60,920 nt of DNA, taken from assembly GCA_001917855.1 (NCBI GenBank), contig MNEU01000086.1, positions 1-60,920 on the forward strand, given 5' to 3'. Each line of letters starts with the position of its first letter. Position 1 is the stretch's first letter. Positions 48,011 through 56,843 of this stretch are shown one piece after another. The notes below the pieces were generated by a model that was not told the DNA's origin, ran no database searches, and was given only the letters and a program-made list of their open reading frames with translations. Origin of the DNA: Armatimonadetes bacterium 13_1_40CM_64_14. GTDB lineage: Bacteria; Sysuimicrobiota; Sysuimicrobiia; Sysuimicrobiales; Kaftiobacteriaceae. The translations under genes were made by a program, and so were the position numbers.

Positions 48011-50032
48011 GTGTGGGATCAGATTGTCATGTTGTGGCTGACCGCCATCTTTCTTAGTGTTATCGCGTGGTCCCGTGCTCGGGGCGCCAACAGGCGCCAA
48101 GCGATGAAGAGTGTTGTGCGACTCATTGGATACGGGGTGCCTATCGTGTTGGCGTGGGAATGGTTCGATGCATTGCCGCTTGGCGGGATCCTGGCCAAGA
48201 CGGCCCTCGTCGCCGGATTGCTATGGTGTCTAGCTTACCGCCTGTGGACCAGGGCGTTTCTCGCGTGGCGCATTCGGGGTCAGCAAGGCCAACGGCTCCG
48301 CGCTCTGGCTTCTGGGGAGCAAGATCCTCGGGATCTTGGCCGCCTCAAGTGGTCACAGGTCATCTATGACCGTGAACAAGCACTTGCTCCTTACCTGCGC
48401 GAAGAAGCAGGCGCTTACTGGCTGGCGCGTTCCGATCCGCTCCCGGGCAGGCGCTGGTTGGGACTGACGTTGTCTCGGGCGTACGATGTGGCAGTCCCAA
48501 AAGATCTCATGCTGCGCCATGTACTCATTCTTGGCTCGACCGGCGCGGGGAAAACACGCACGGCTCTGCAGGGGATCGTCGAGCAGCAGATCGCACGGGG
48601 ATTGGGCGCGCTTGTCCTGCAATTCAAGCACGACGAGCTATTTTACCGAAGCGTTCTAGATGCTGTTGCGCGCGCTGGCCGGGAAGCGGAGTGCATCTAC
48701 TTCAGCCTCCGAAGCGATGACGAGAGCCGAACGGCGGCCTGGAATCCCCTTGACTGGCCAAATTCAGCCGAGGTTGCTGAAGCTGTGGTGCACGCGACCC
48801 TCGATGATCTCGCCGCCCTACGCTATTTTGCCGCGCAAAATCTTGATGCGCTCGGGGTTGTCCTCGACGGCGCCAGGCGTCGGGGGGAAACGCTCAGCTT
48901 TGGGCGGCTGGCGGACCTGCTCGCACAAACCGGCCGATCGGGTGCCGGGCAGCCGCTCCTGGCGTACCTGCGGTCGTTTCCTGACCTACGAGCTCGGGCC
49001 CAGAGGGTGCGGTGGGATCACGCCAGTGAGCTCAAGATGCTGGCGGCGCAGTTGGGACGGTTTGCGGCCTTGACGCCGGCTCCGGGCCGCGTCGCGTTTG
49101 ACCTTCGGACCGCGGTGCAACAAGGGCAGGTCGTGTTGGTGAACCTGGATGCCACGACTTTCCCGAAGGCTGCGCGATGCGTGGGGCGGCTTTTCATCGC
49201 AGCGTTATCTGCCGCATATTCGGGCCTTCGGCGCACCGAGGACGACCGCGTCTATCTCGTTGCCCTCGATGAGTTTGGCCCTGTCGCCGGGCCGCATCTT
49301 TCAAGCATGCTGGGCACCGCGCGGGGGTTCGGGGTGAGTCTCGTGCTGGCAACGCAGAGTTTGGCGGACTTACGGATCGCGGGGCAACGAGAAGCTGCCG
49401 GGGCGCTTGCCGCTCAGGTCGTAGAAAACATTGGCACGCAGATCGTTTTTGGCCTCCGCAATCCCCAGGACGCAAAGTGGTGGTCGGAAGCCAGCGGCAG
49501 CGTCCTGCGTGACGAGATGACGGACGTACTCGTGGAGGGTCGTGCTGATCGGAACTACGTCAATCGACGACAGGCGTCGCAACGGGAATCGGCCGCCGTT
49601 TCGATCAACCAATTGCTCTTTACACCGCGGTCGAAGGCTTTCATTTGGATTCCATCACGGCGGTGCCTTCGTGCGCCGGGCAATCGATCAGCCTATCTGA
49701 ATCCAGAACCAGACCGTCGCAGCGTCATTCTGGGAAATTTCGTGCTTCCGTCCGATCCGAGTCCGTGGCCTCAGATCCGGGGCGGATGCATTGGAGGCAT
49801 GGGGCGGGCGCTTGCGGGGACCCAACCGATTCATCCGGTCATGCCCCACCAGCAAAGCACGTCGACATCGACGGAACCGGGGCATGCCGACCCGCCCCGC
49901 CTTTTTGGAGGGGGCGTGATTGGACGAACGTTGTTAGGGTCTATGACCTGCTCCATCGCTACCAGGGAAGGTACACGGTCACAACTTAGGGAGTGCAATG
50001 AATCCGACTCGGGAGGAGGGGTGAAGCAGTGA
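48011..50032 (+). CDS. second TraD/TrwB-like coupling ATPase
   Basis: N-terminal TMs, HVLILGSTGAGKT, WNPL, VALDEFG, ARG.G...VLATQS.ADL; SD GGGAGG before GTG 48011. Confidence 0.85.
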   Translation: MWDQIVMLWLTAIFLSVIAWSRARGANRRQAMKSVVRLIGYGVPIVLAWEWFDALPLGGILAKTALVAGLLWCLAYRLWTRAFLAWRIRGQQGQRLRALASGEQDPRDLGRLKWSQVIYDREQALAPYLREEAGAYWLARSDPLPGRRWLGLTLSRAYDVAVPKDLMLRHVLILGSTGAGKTRTALQGIVEQQIARGLGALVLQFKHDELFYRSVLDAVARAGREAECIYFSLRSDDESRTAAWNPLDWPNSAEVAEAVVHATLDDLAALRYFAAQNLDALGVVLDGARRRGETLSFGRLADLLAQTGRSGAGQPLLAYLRSFPDLRARAQRVRWDHASELKMLAAQLGRFAALTPAPGRVAFDLRTAVQQGQVVLVNLDATTFPKAARCVGRLFIAALSAAYSGLRRTEDDRVYLVALDEFGPVAGPHLSSMLGTARGFGVSLVLATQSLADLRIAGQREAAGALAAQVVENIGTQIVFGLRNPQDAKWWSEASGSVLRDEMTDVLVEGRADRNYVNRRQASQRESAAVSINQLLFTPRSKAFIWIPSRRCLRAPGNRSAYLNPEPDRRSVILGNFVLPSDPSPWPQIRGGCIGGMGRALAGTQPIHPVMPHQQSTSTSTEPGHADPPRLFGGGVIGRTLLGSMTCSIATREGTRSQLRECNESDSGGGVKQ

Positions 50033-50856
50033 CTGACCTGACAGTTAAGCAAGCTGTTCAGGCAGACCGTGATCCGGATGTGCTCGTCTGGCTTGCGCGT
50101 CTGCAACTAGCGACTTCTGGACAGATTTCGGCGTTGGGATGGCCCGGGGATGGTGATGAGTGCAAGAAGAGACGGCTGCGCGAGGTACGAGAAGCCGGGC
50201 TGCTCGAATTTGTTCGCACTCGTCGTCGCACAGGACACCGTCTAGCCTTGTACCGCCTCACCCCAGTGGGCGCTGTCGCGGCAGCAAGGCTCATCGGCGA
50301 TGACCAGGTCATCCGTGGAGTCCGCCTTGCGGCCACAGAGGGAATTCATCTGGAACATCGGCTCCAGGTGAATGATACCGTTCTCCGGCTAGCCGATTGC
50401 TTCGGACGAGATGCGGTGGAAGTACTGCTTCCGCACCAAAGGCGCTTACGATGGCTAATATCGGGTGGAGCGTGGCACGAGGTCACCCCCGACGTTGTGT
50501 TGGTGTGTCGCAAGGCGGACGCGGCGCTCGTAATCGAGTACGACCGCGGGCTACGGAGTGTCGACAGCGTTTCTCTGCAGCTGCGACGCTATCGGGAAGC
50601 GGCCGAGCAACCAGATCTTCCCATGTGGGCGGGGCGATCGTCTATCGCATACGCGCTCCACCCTCCCTCGCCCGCGCGGGCAAGTGCGATTCTGCAAGCG
50701 GCAGCGGCCGCTGGGCTGGAGTCGCGTGTAGTCGTCGTCGCTGTCCAGGATCTGGCCTTGGTCGTCGCGGATGCTTTCGCGAAAACGCACGCGGCGTCTC
50801 CCGGACCGGCTCCGGATCCGGGATTAGAATCTCCGCCGATCGGTGCGCATTTTTGA
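50029..50856 (+). CDS. Replic_Relax (MOBC-like) putative relaxase
   Basis: LATSGQI, RRL..., YRLTPVG, LEHRLQVND, PDVVL........IEYDRG; GTGA-coupled to the coupling ATPase. Confidence 0.75.
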   Translation: MTDLTVKQAVQADRDPDVLVWLARLQLATSGQISALGWPGDGDECKKRRLREVREAGLLEFVRTRRRTGHRLALYRLTPVGAVAAARLIGDDQVIRGVRLAATEGIHLEHRLQVNDTVLRLADCFGRDAVEVLLPHQRRLRWLISGGAWHEVTPDVVLVCRKADAALVIEYDRGLRSVDSVSLQLRRYREAAEQPDLPMWAGRSSIAYALHPPSPARASAILQAAAAAGLESRVVVVAVQDLALVVADAFAKTHAASPGPAPDPGLESPPIGAHF

Positions 50857-50971
50857 CCATAGCCGCGTTCTGGGCAGTTGTTGTTGCCCGAACGTCGACG
50901 CGTTCTGTTCGACTGGCGCGCGTGCGAGCATCGTGGCGTGGGTGTGACGGCAGAGTTGCGTTACCAAGGAG

Positions 50972-52390
50972 GTGAATCGAGTCATGGCTCTCGTGCACGC
51001 AGTTGGAGCGCTCCTGACGCATAGTGCAGCGGTGACCGAACGGCATCCGTTCGATGCAGCTGTGGTGATCGTCGGTTGTCTGCTCCCGCGAATTTTCCCG
51101 TTGACTGTTGGGAGGGATCTCTACTGGACGGCATGGTGGATTCTTTTGGTTTGCTGGGCCGTGGGCGGCGCTGAGGGTACCGTTTTGTGGGACAAGGTGC
51201 GCAGGACGCCTTCGCCGCAGGAACCCGGGTGGTGGTCTAGGCTGTGCGTGCGCACCGGTGAATGCGCCCGGCGGATTGCAGGTAGAGTCGGCGCGAGAAC
51301 TCTAGGTGCGGGCGCCCCTATCCCTGCCAATATTCTCACGGCCCCGAGGTTGTCCGAGGCAATCCAATCAGAAGTGTGCGCCGTTAGTCCAGAGGTGAGG
51401 GTTGAGTGGGTTGGACAACCCCAGACTGGAGCGGATAGGCATGTGTCTGACCTGAGGCGCCTCCTCACGGTCGAGGCGACGTTGAAGGCGCGGATCGTGG
51501 GGCAGGATCACGTCGCGGCCGCTATCACTAAAGCCCTTTTGCGGCGCGCAGTAGACAGCGATTCACGCCGGCCGGTGCTGTCGGTCCTCGCGGCAGGACC
51601 GACAGGTGTAGGCAAGTCGGAAACGGCAAAGGCGCTAGCCGAAATCCTGGATCGACCGCTGCTCGCCTACGACATGGCAAGCTTTGGGGAGCAGCACACC
51701 GTAGCGGCGTTGATCGGCGCCCCGCCAGGGTATGCGGGTGCCGAACGGTGTGGGCGGCTCGTAGCGGATGTGCAGCGTCACCCCAACGCTGTAGTCCTGT
51801 TAGATGAGATCGATAAAGCGCACCCCACATTGCTTGATCCATTCATGCGAGTCTTCGAAGATGGGCAGTTTACCGAACTTTCCCGGGGAGAGAGTGCAAA
51901 CTTCGGCGACACGGTCGTCATCGCAACCACCAACCTGCTCCAGCGTGAAGCGACTATCTCATGGAGCGACGACCCTGCCCAGGTGCGGCGGATGCTGCTC
52001 CAGGCACGTGCCGGCTACCCAGAGGGTCCGAGCCGTAGCTTTAGCCTGCGGCCTGAGTTGATTGCTCGTCTTGACATCACAATTCTATACAGGCCGTTAT
52101 CCGCCGCAGTTGTGGAGCGTATTGCGCACGAATACGTTCCTGCCTTCGTCCACCGTATCACGACACAGATGGGAATCCACCCGGAGGTTACAGTGGATGC
52201 TCGGTTGGTGGATGAGATCATCGGCCGTTTGGATCTCCAGTTCGGCGTTCGTGAACTCAAACGCGTGGTGGGGGAAAGACTGGGCGACGCGCTGGTGGAG
52301 GGCTATCTCCCATGGATGATGCGCGGTGAGATCCCGGTCGCGGTTGAGGTCAGAGCGACCAGCGGTCAGATTACGGCTGTATTCCGGTGA
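50972..52390 (+). CDS. membrane-anchored ClpA/B D2-type AAA+ ATPase
   Basis: N-terminal hydrophobic segments, RIVGQD, GPTGVGKS, GAPPGYAG, LLDEIDKAHP, TTN, RPELIARL, FGVREL; no D1 ring. Confidence 0.85.
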   Translation: MNRVMALVHAVGALLTHSAAVTERHPFDAAVVIVGCLLPRIFPLTVGRDLYWTAWWILLVCWAVGGAEGTVLWDKVRRTPSPQEPGWWSRLCVRTGECARRIAGRVGARTLGAGAPIPANILTAPRLSEAIQSEVCAVSPEVRVEWVGQPQTGADRHVSDLRRLLTVEATLKARIVGQDHVAAAITKALLRRAVDSDSRRPVLSVLAAGPTGVGKSETAKALAEILDRPLLAYDMASFGEQHTVAALIGAPPGYAGAERCGRLVADVQRHPNAVVLLDEIDKAHPTLLDPFMRVFEDGQFTELSRGESANFGDTVVIATTNLLQREATISWSDDPAQVRRMLLQARAGYPEGPSRSFSLRPELIARLDITILYRPLSAAVVERIAHEYVPAFVHRITTQMGIHPEVTVDARLVDEIIGRLDLQFGVRELKRVVGERLGDALVEGYLPWMMRGEIPVAVEVRATSGQITAVFR

Positions 52391-52399
52391 GGTGATGAT

Positions 52400-53011
52400 A
52401 TGCAAATCTTGGCACGAGTGAGTACATTTGCGATTGTCGGTCTCTTCTTGCTCAATGTCGCGTTGGGAGTCATTGAAGAGGTTGTTACGCATCGTGTCCA
52501 CCGGGGGGAGGCCCAGGGCGCGGGACTGCCCCGATCGGCAGGGCGAGGGTCACGCCCAGTGACGGACCTCGGGGAGGCGCTTACCGCAGATGTGCACTTC
52601 TTTGCGAACCGCGTCGTGATCGATGTGGAGGCCAAGAGGGTTCTCCGCACGCAGAGGGACTTGCGATTTGATCTGCTAGTTACTCCCCGTGCGGTTGACG
52701 GGTTCGTCATTCTCCCGATGGATCGGTTAGCGGTGGATGGGGCGAAGACTGCAATTGTCACAGAGGACGGATCTTGGCTCCACGTGAAGGCTGTATACGG
52801 CGTGGGATTGGTCTTCGATAGCGAAGTCCGTCGCAGTTCTCCAGTCTACGCGATTGGTGTGCCACGACAGGTGGAGTTGGTGTTCCCCGCCCCCTCATCG
52901 AGCAGGCGTGCAACACTACTTGTGAGGTGGGCTCCGGGAAAGGCAGTCGTGTACGCACAGGGCTGGCGAGTGGACAGGATTTTGGAAGTTTCCCTCCCCC
53001 CTCAGCCATAA
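52400..53011 (+). CDS. hypothetical membrane-anchored protein
   Basis: SD GAGG, N-terminal TM, beta-rich body. Confidence 0.6.
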   Translation: MQILARVSTFAIVGLFLLNVALGVIEEVVTHRVHRGEAQGAGLPRSAGRGSRPVTDLGEALTADVHFFANRVVIDVEAKRVLRTQRDLRFDLLVTPRAVDGFVILPMDRLAVDGAKTAIVTEDGSWLHVKAVYGVGLVFDSEVRRSSPVYAIGVPRQVELVFPAPSSSRRATLLVRWAPGKAVVYAQGWRVDRILEVSLPPQP

Positions 53012-53121
53012 ACGCGGGGACTGAGGACATCATGTTCTGTGAATCTAGTCATCCCCTCCGGCAAAATTGGGAGCGAGATTCCCGTCGCAAGCGCTATGAC
53101 ACGACGTGATGGCGGGAGGGA

Positions 53122-53178
53122 GTTAAATACTGTTATATTGTTATTATACTTGCACATATGCACTCCCTGTGGTAGATT
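53122..53178 (+). promoter_or_regulatory. promoter with AT-rich upstream tract
   Basis: TTGCAC(53150)-17 nt-TAGATT with an extended TG, preceded by TTAAATACTGTTATATTGTTATTATAC. Confidence 0.6.
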
Positions 53179-53219
53179 GAGGACGGTGGTCACGGGTTCC
53201 GGCCACCGGCCATCGACTC

Positions 53220-53280
53220 GGAGCAAGCTGCGGGTTGCCCCGGGTCCACGGGCCGCGGCTTGCTCCTCCGCGGAGGAGCA
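53220..53280 (+). promoter_or_regulatory. alternative-stem leader that can sequester the RBS
   Basis: GGAGCAAGCTGCGG/CCGCGGCTTGCTCC stem competes with the perfect palindrome TGCTCCTCCGCGGAGGAGCA, which contains the SD. Confidence 0.65.
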
Positions 53281-53284
53281 GCGC

Positions 53285-53932
53285 ATGAGCACCTTGACAA
53301 AGGAAAGCAGCAGTCCCGTAAAGGTCGCGCAAGTCTTTGCCGACTTCAGGCTCGGTCTGCCTCGTATGGGTACCGTCTTCGTGAGTGCGCGCCGACACAG
53401 GGTCCAGGTGTCCTGGACCGCCAAGGGGCTAAGGGGAATGTGTAAAAAGTGCACACGCCAAGATGGGTGTGCTGCGGTCTTCGATGCCATTCGCGCGGTG
53501 GAGATCTTGGCTGAGGCGTGGGAGCGTCCTCCGATCAGTCGCATCCAGGCCCGCGTTGAGGCAGATATTCAGTCGGACCCGTTGACCGAACCGGAGCAGC
53601 CCAGAATCCGTCCGTACGATGGACTAGCCAGGGATATTTGCCAGGCGGACCTAGTGCCAATCCACATACCGCCTTGGGCGTACGACGAGCAGGGCACCCG
53701 ACGTCCGGTCGTCGACGCCGAGATCGCTGAAGACGTTTGGTACGAGCTGCAGCACAGGCTAAATCGCCTACTCGGCTATCGGATCCATGCGGAGACGAGC
53801 TACCGTCCTCCTGTCCACAAGTACTACCAGGCAAGCTGGGAGCTGGATCGGGGGATGACGCACGCTGCATTCAAGCTTGATCTCCTGACAGACCTCGATG
53901 AGGATGGGCAGCTCGATGCGTTTGCGCCGTGA
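53285..53932 (+). CDS. hypothetical protein with a SWIM-like Cys cluster
   Basis: SD GGAGGA; CKKCTRQDGC after beta strands; acidic C-terminus. Confidence 0.6.
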   Translation: MSTLTKESSSPVKVAQVFADFRLGLPRMGTVFVSARRHRVQVSWTAKGLRGMCKKCTRQDGCAAVFDAIRAVEILAEAWERPPISRIQARVEADIQSDPLTEPEQPRIRPYDGLARDICQADLVPIHIPPWAYDEQGTRRPVVDAEIAEDVWYELQHRLNRLLGYRIHAETSYRPPVHKYYQASWELDRGMTHAAFKLDLLTDLDEDGQLDAFAP

Positions 53933-55413
53933 ACGGAGACTGCGGGCGATCCACGTCTACGGCGGCCCCTCATGGCGTGCCGGAACCCGGCCGCCGTCCG
54001 ATGCCCCGGGAGCCCGACCCGCCGGAGCCTTCGGCGGCGAGGCAGTGGGATTACCCACACGAAGCACTCTGGGAACCCAAGGTTTTGATGCCGACAGCAG
54101 TTGAATCAGTTCTGGGCGAAATTCGCGAACGTCTGCCGCTCACCAAGTACCTCGTGAGCAAGGGCTTCAAGCTGCGGCAGACGGGACGGAATCGCATGGT
54201 CGCGCTCTGTCCATTCCATGCCGACAAGCGGCGGCCAAACATGGTCATTTACACGGATGAACACCGTTTTCACTGCTACTGCTGCGGGGCTAGGGGTGAC
54301 GTCGTCGATATGGCGCGCTGTCTGGACGGCTACCTCAATTTCACAACAGCGCTGCGGGCGCTAGCAGCTAGCGTTGGGCTGTCCTTGCCCCATGGTCGTC
54401 CACAGATTAGTGAGGATAGGGGTGGGATCCTCACGCTGGCTGCGAAGTTGTACGCAGAGCATTTGGGTTCTGACGTGCTTGCATACCTCGGACGCCGGGG
54501 TTTTCCCGAGGCATTCGTGCGAAAGTGGCGCATCGGCTACGCCCCCCAGAAATCACCCCAGCTCCTGCGAGACTTCCTCAGGCAGCACACCGTTGCACCG
54601 GAGGCAGCACTGGCTTCTGGCGTACTGATCGAGGCAGGCGCCCGGGACGGGCGCCTGCTGCGCGACTTCTTCGGGAACGGCGGCGGCGGGTATATCGTCT
54701 TCCCCAACCCGGCACGCGACGGAGGTATCATCGACCTGCAAGGCCGCGCTTTTCCCAACGGTAGCAACAAGCCGAAGTACCTTAACTTGCCCAAGGGCCG
54801 ACGTTACCTCTTCAACGAGAGCATCGTGCCGCGGTCGTCCGTCATTCTCACTGAGGGAATCCCCGACGCTTTGAGTTGTCTCCTGGTCGACCAACCTGCC
54901 GTTGCAGTCTATGGAACGAGCGGTTTCTCAGACCGGTCCGTGAATCAGTTCGTTCTGTGCCGCCGCATTTACGTCGCTTTCGACCTGGACGCTCACCGTC
55001 ATAGCGTCGAGATTGCCATGCAGTTTGGATTGCGCGGCCGCGTGGTCATGTTACCGGAGTCGCTCGGCCGCAACGGCGACCTGAACGACTTTCTCATGCA
55101 GCGTGGTGCCGCGTCGTTCAGTAACGACCTGACGCAGCTGCTTCAAACTGCCGACACCGGTTACGGAGCGGCTATCAACGAGCTGCCTACGGATCTCCAG
55201 CCCTACGACCTATTCGAGAGCGCCACGTCGCTGTTGGCTGCATTGGGAGCGGTAGATCCGATAAGCCGAGACGTGTATCTTCAGAGGTTACACGTCAAAT
55301 ACGGCATCGCGATGGACACTCTCCGCGACGCGGCAAGGGAGGCGCTGTTCATGACGCCCAGCACGACATTTTCCGGGACGTCGCTCGGGGTGGCCGATCC
55401 TACGGGCCATTAG
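53929..55413 (+). CDS. DnaG-like DNA primase (CHC2 zinc finger + TOPRIM)
   Basis: CPFHADK...CYCCG, IGYAP, QGR...PKYLN, TEG.PD.LS, FDLD, DLND. Confidence 0.9.
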   Translation: MNGDCGRSTSTAAPHGVPEPGRRPMPREPDPPEPSAARQWDYPHEALWEPKVLMPTAVESVLGEIRERLPLTKYLVSKGFKLRQTGRNRMVALCPFHADKRRPNMVIYTDEHRFHCYCCGARGDVVDMARCLDGYLNFTTALRALAASVGLSLPHGRPQISEDRGGILTLAAKLYAEHLGSDVLAYLGRRGFPEAFVRKWRIGYAPQKSPQLLRDFLRQHTVAPEAALASGVLIEAGARDGRLLRDFFGNGGGGYIVFPNPARDGGIIDLQGRAFPNGSNKPKYLNLPKGRRYLFNESIVPRSSVILTEGIPDALSCLLVDQPAVAVYGTSGFSDRSVNQFVLCRRIYVAFDLDAHRHSVEIAMQFGLRGRVVMLPESLGRNGDLNDFLMQRGAASFSNDLTQLLQTADTGYGAAINELPTDLQPYDLFESATSLLAALGAVDPISRDVYLQRLHVKYGIAMDTLRDAAREALFMTPSTTFSGTSLGVADPTGH

Positions 55414-55507
55414 CCCTGGAAAACACCGGTCGTTCCCCCACATGCCTTGCAAGGCGCCGTGGGACCGGGCGCTGGAAGCAAAGAGGGACCCGAAACCTCC
55501 CCCCCCC

Positions 55508-55545
55508 TTGTATCTGTAGTCACAATGGATTATCATGTGGTCACA
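55508..55545 (+). promoter_or_regulatory. vapBC promoter with two operator palindromes
   Basis: TTGTAT-17 nt-TATCAT; TGTAGTCACA (55515) and TGTGGTCACA (55536). Confidence 0.7.
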
Positions 55546-55560
55546 AGAGGGGTTAGGCTT

Positions 55561-55833
55561 ATGGCGACTGTCGGTGTGCGAGAACTCAAAGCCCGTCTGA
55601 GTCAGTACCTCAAGCGTGTAGGGCGTGGCGAGCGCATTGTCGTCACGGAGCGCGGACGCCCCGTCGCTGTGATCGGCCCTGCTGCAGCATCCGTGCGCAC
55701 CGAACGACTTGAGGCAATGCTCCGAAGCGGGATGGCAAGGTGGGCAGGTGGAAAGCCGCGCGGGTCTGCGCGGCCAGCTCGACTGACACATGGCCCGTCG
55801 GTTTCTGAGGCCATAATTGAGGACCGCCGGTGA
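55561..55833 (+). CDS. Phd/YefM-family antitoxin
   Basis: VGVRELKARLSQYL..V..GE.IVVTERGRPVA. Confidence 0.92.
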   Translation: MATVGVRELKARLSQYLKRVGRGERIVVTERGRPVAVIGPAAASVRTERLEAMLRSGMARWAGGKPRGSARPARLTHGPSVSEAIIEDRR

Positions 55834-56261
55834 TCTTGTATCTCGATGCCAGCGCGCTGGTCAAACTGTACGTTGATGAGGACGGGGCGCGACAGGCTCG
55901 GCAGGGTGTGCAGGGTGCCGAGGTGGTCGCAACATGCGAGATCGCGTACGTCGAGGTCCGAGCCGCGCTGGCGCGCCGACGCCGGGAAGGCTCATTGAAA
56001 CCTGCAGATTACCGGCGGGCGGTGCGCGATCTCCATAGCGACTGGCCGGAGTTCTTCTTGATCACCGTAGGTAGTCCCCTTGTTCGAGAAGCCGGGACAA
56101 TCACGGAACGTTACCGCCTACGAGCCTATGACGCCGTCCACTTAGCTGCAAGTTTGGCAGTCCAGGCGCGGACAGAAGAGACCGTGACCTTCGCCTGCTG
56201 GGATCGGGCCCTAGCGGACGTAGCCGTCAAGGCTGGCCTCCAGCTGTTTCCGATCGTCTAG
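55830..56261 (+). CDS. vapC: VapC PIN-domain toxin
   Basis: YLDASALVK, E.RAAL, LRAYDAVHLA, D..L. Confidence 0.92.
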   Translation: MILYLDASALVKLYVDEDGARQARQGVQGAEVVATCEIAYVEVRAALARRRREGSLKPADYRRAVRDLHSDWPEFFLITVGSPLVREAGTITERYRLRAYDAVHLAASLAVQARTEETVTFACWDRALADVAVKAGLQLFPIV

Positions 56262-56421
56262 AAGCGGCGGCTCTGAAGGGACCAAGCGTTATTCCTGTGC
56301 TGCCGGGGGATGAGGAGGCTGCGAGGACCCCGTAAGAGCGGCTCTTCGGTGGTCTTGCGGTCCGGTAGCAGACGTTAGCAGATTTGGCTCAGAATCCCAC
56401 TCTCCGATCTCCTATCCGAAG

Positions 56422-56462
56422 AAAATTCAAACAGCTGGACGTGAGAAACCCTGCGTCCAGCC
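56422..56462 (-). terminator. probable terminator downstream of selC
   Basis: GCTGGACG/CGTCCAGC stem followed by TGTTTGAATTTT on the minus strand. Confidence 0.5.
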
Positions 56463-56478
56463 TGCCTCTAGTGAGTTT

Positions 56479-56572
56479 TGGCGGAGGGCCGTGCGAATCG
56501 AACGCACCGGAGACCGACTGGTCTCCCGCCGGTTTTGAAGACCGGAAGGGGCACCAGCCCCCACTGCCCTCC
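56479..56572 (-). tRNA. selC: tRNA-Sec (anticodon UCA)
   Basis: GGAGGGCA..GGGGGC-TGGT-GCCCCT (6-bp D stem), CCGGT-CTTCAAA-ACCGG, long variable arm GGAGACC/GGTCTCC, GTGCG-TTCGATT-CGCAC, GCCA end. Confidence 0.95.
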
Positions 56573-56843
56573 ATCCTACGGAATTTGCAGCGTTTCTTCA
56601 GTTTCCTACCTCGCCGCATGTCTCCGTTTCTAACCATTTACTACCCTGCGGACGGATTTCCGAAGAACCGGGCCGCTAGGGTCTTGGCCGACTGCCCGTG
56701 AAGACCGGCCGCGAGGCGCCCATAGACCTGCAAGGTGAACCCCCGCGCTGGCATGCCCCCGCAACTAGAGAGAGATGGCACGCGGGCTACACGGAAGAGG
56801 ACCTTGCGGCATTTGTGGACCAGGTGGCCTCGTGGCGCTGCGT

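Larger units (their letters stand above)
35050..56478. mobile_element. conjugative-type genomic island next to the tRNA-Sec 3' end (boundaries approximate; no integrase seen)
   Basis: Contiguous T4SS, coupling protein, relaxase-like, ssb, radC, primase and TA genes abutting selC. Confidence 0.75.

Noticed and set aside
53039-53284. N-terminal extension of the 297-aa ORF
   Set aside because: Overlaps a promoter and structured leader; the strong SD points to ATG 53285.
56389-56637. Basic ORF MRRGRKLKKRCKF... on the minus strand
   Set aside because: Runs through the tRNA-Sec gene; no recognisable family.
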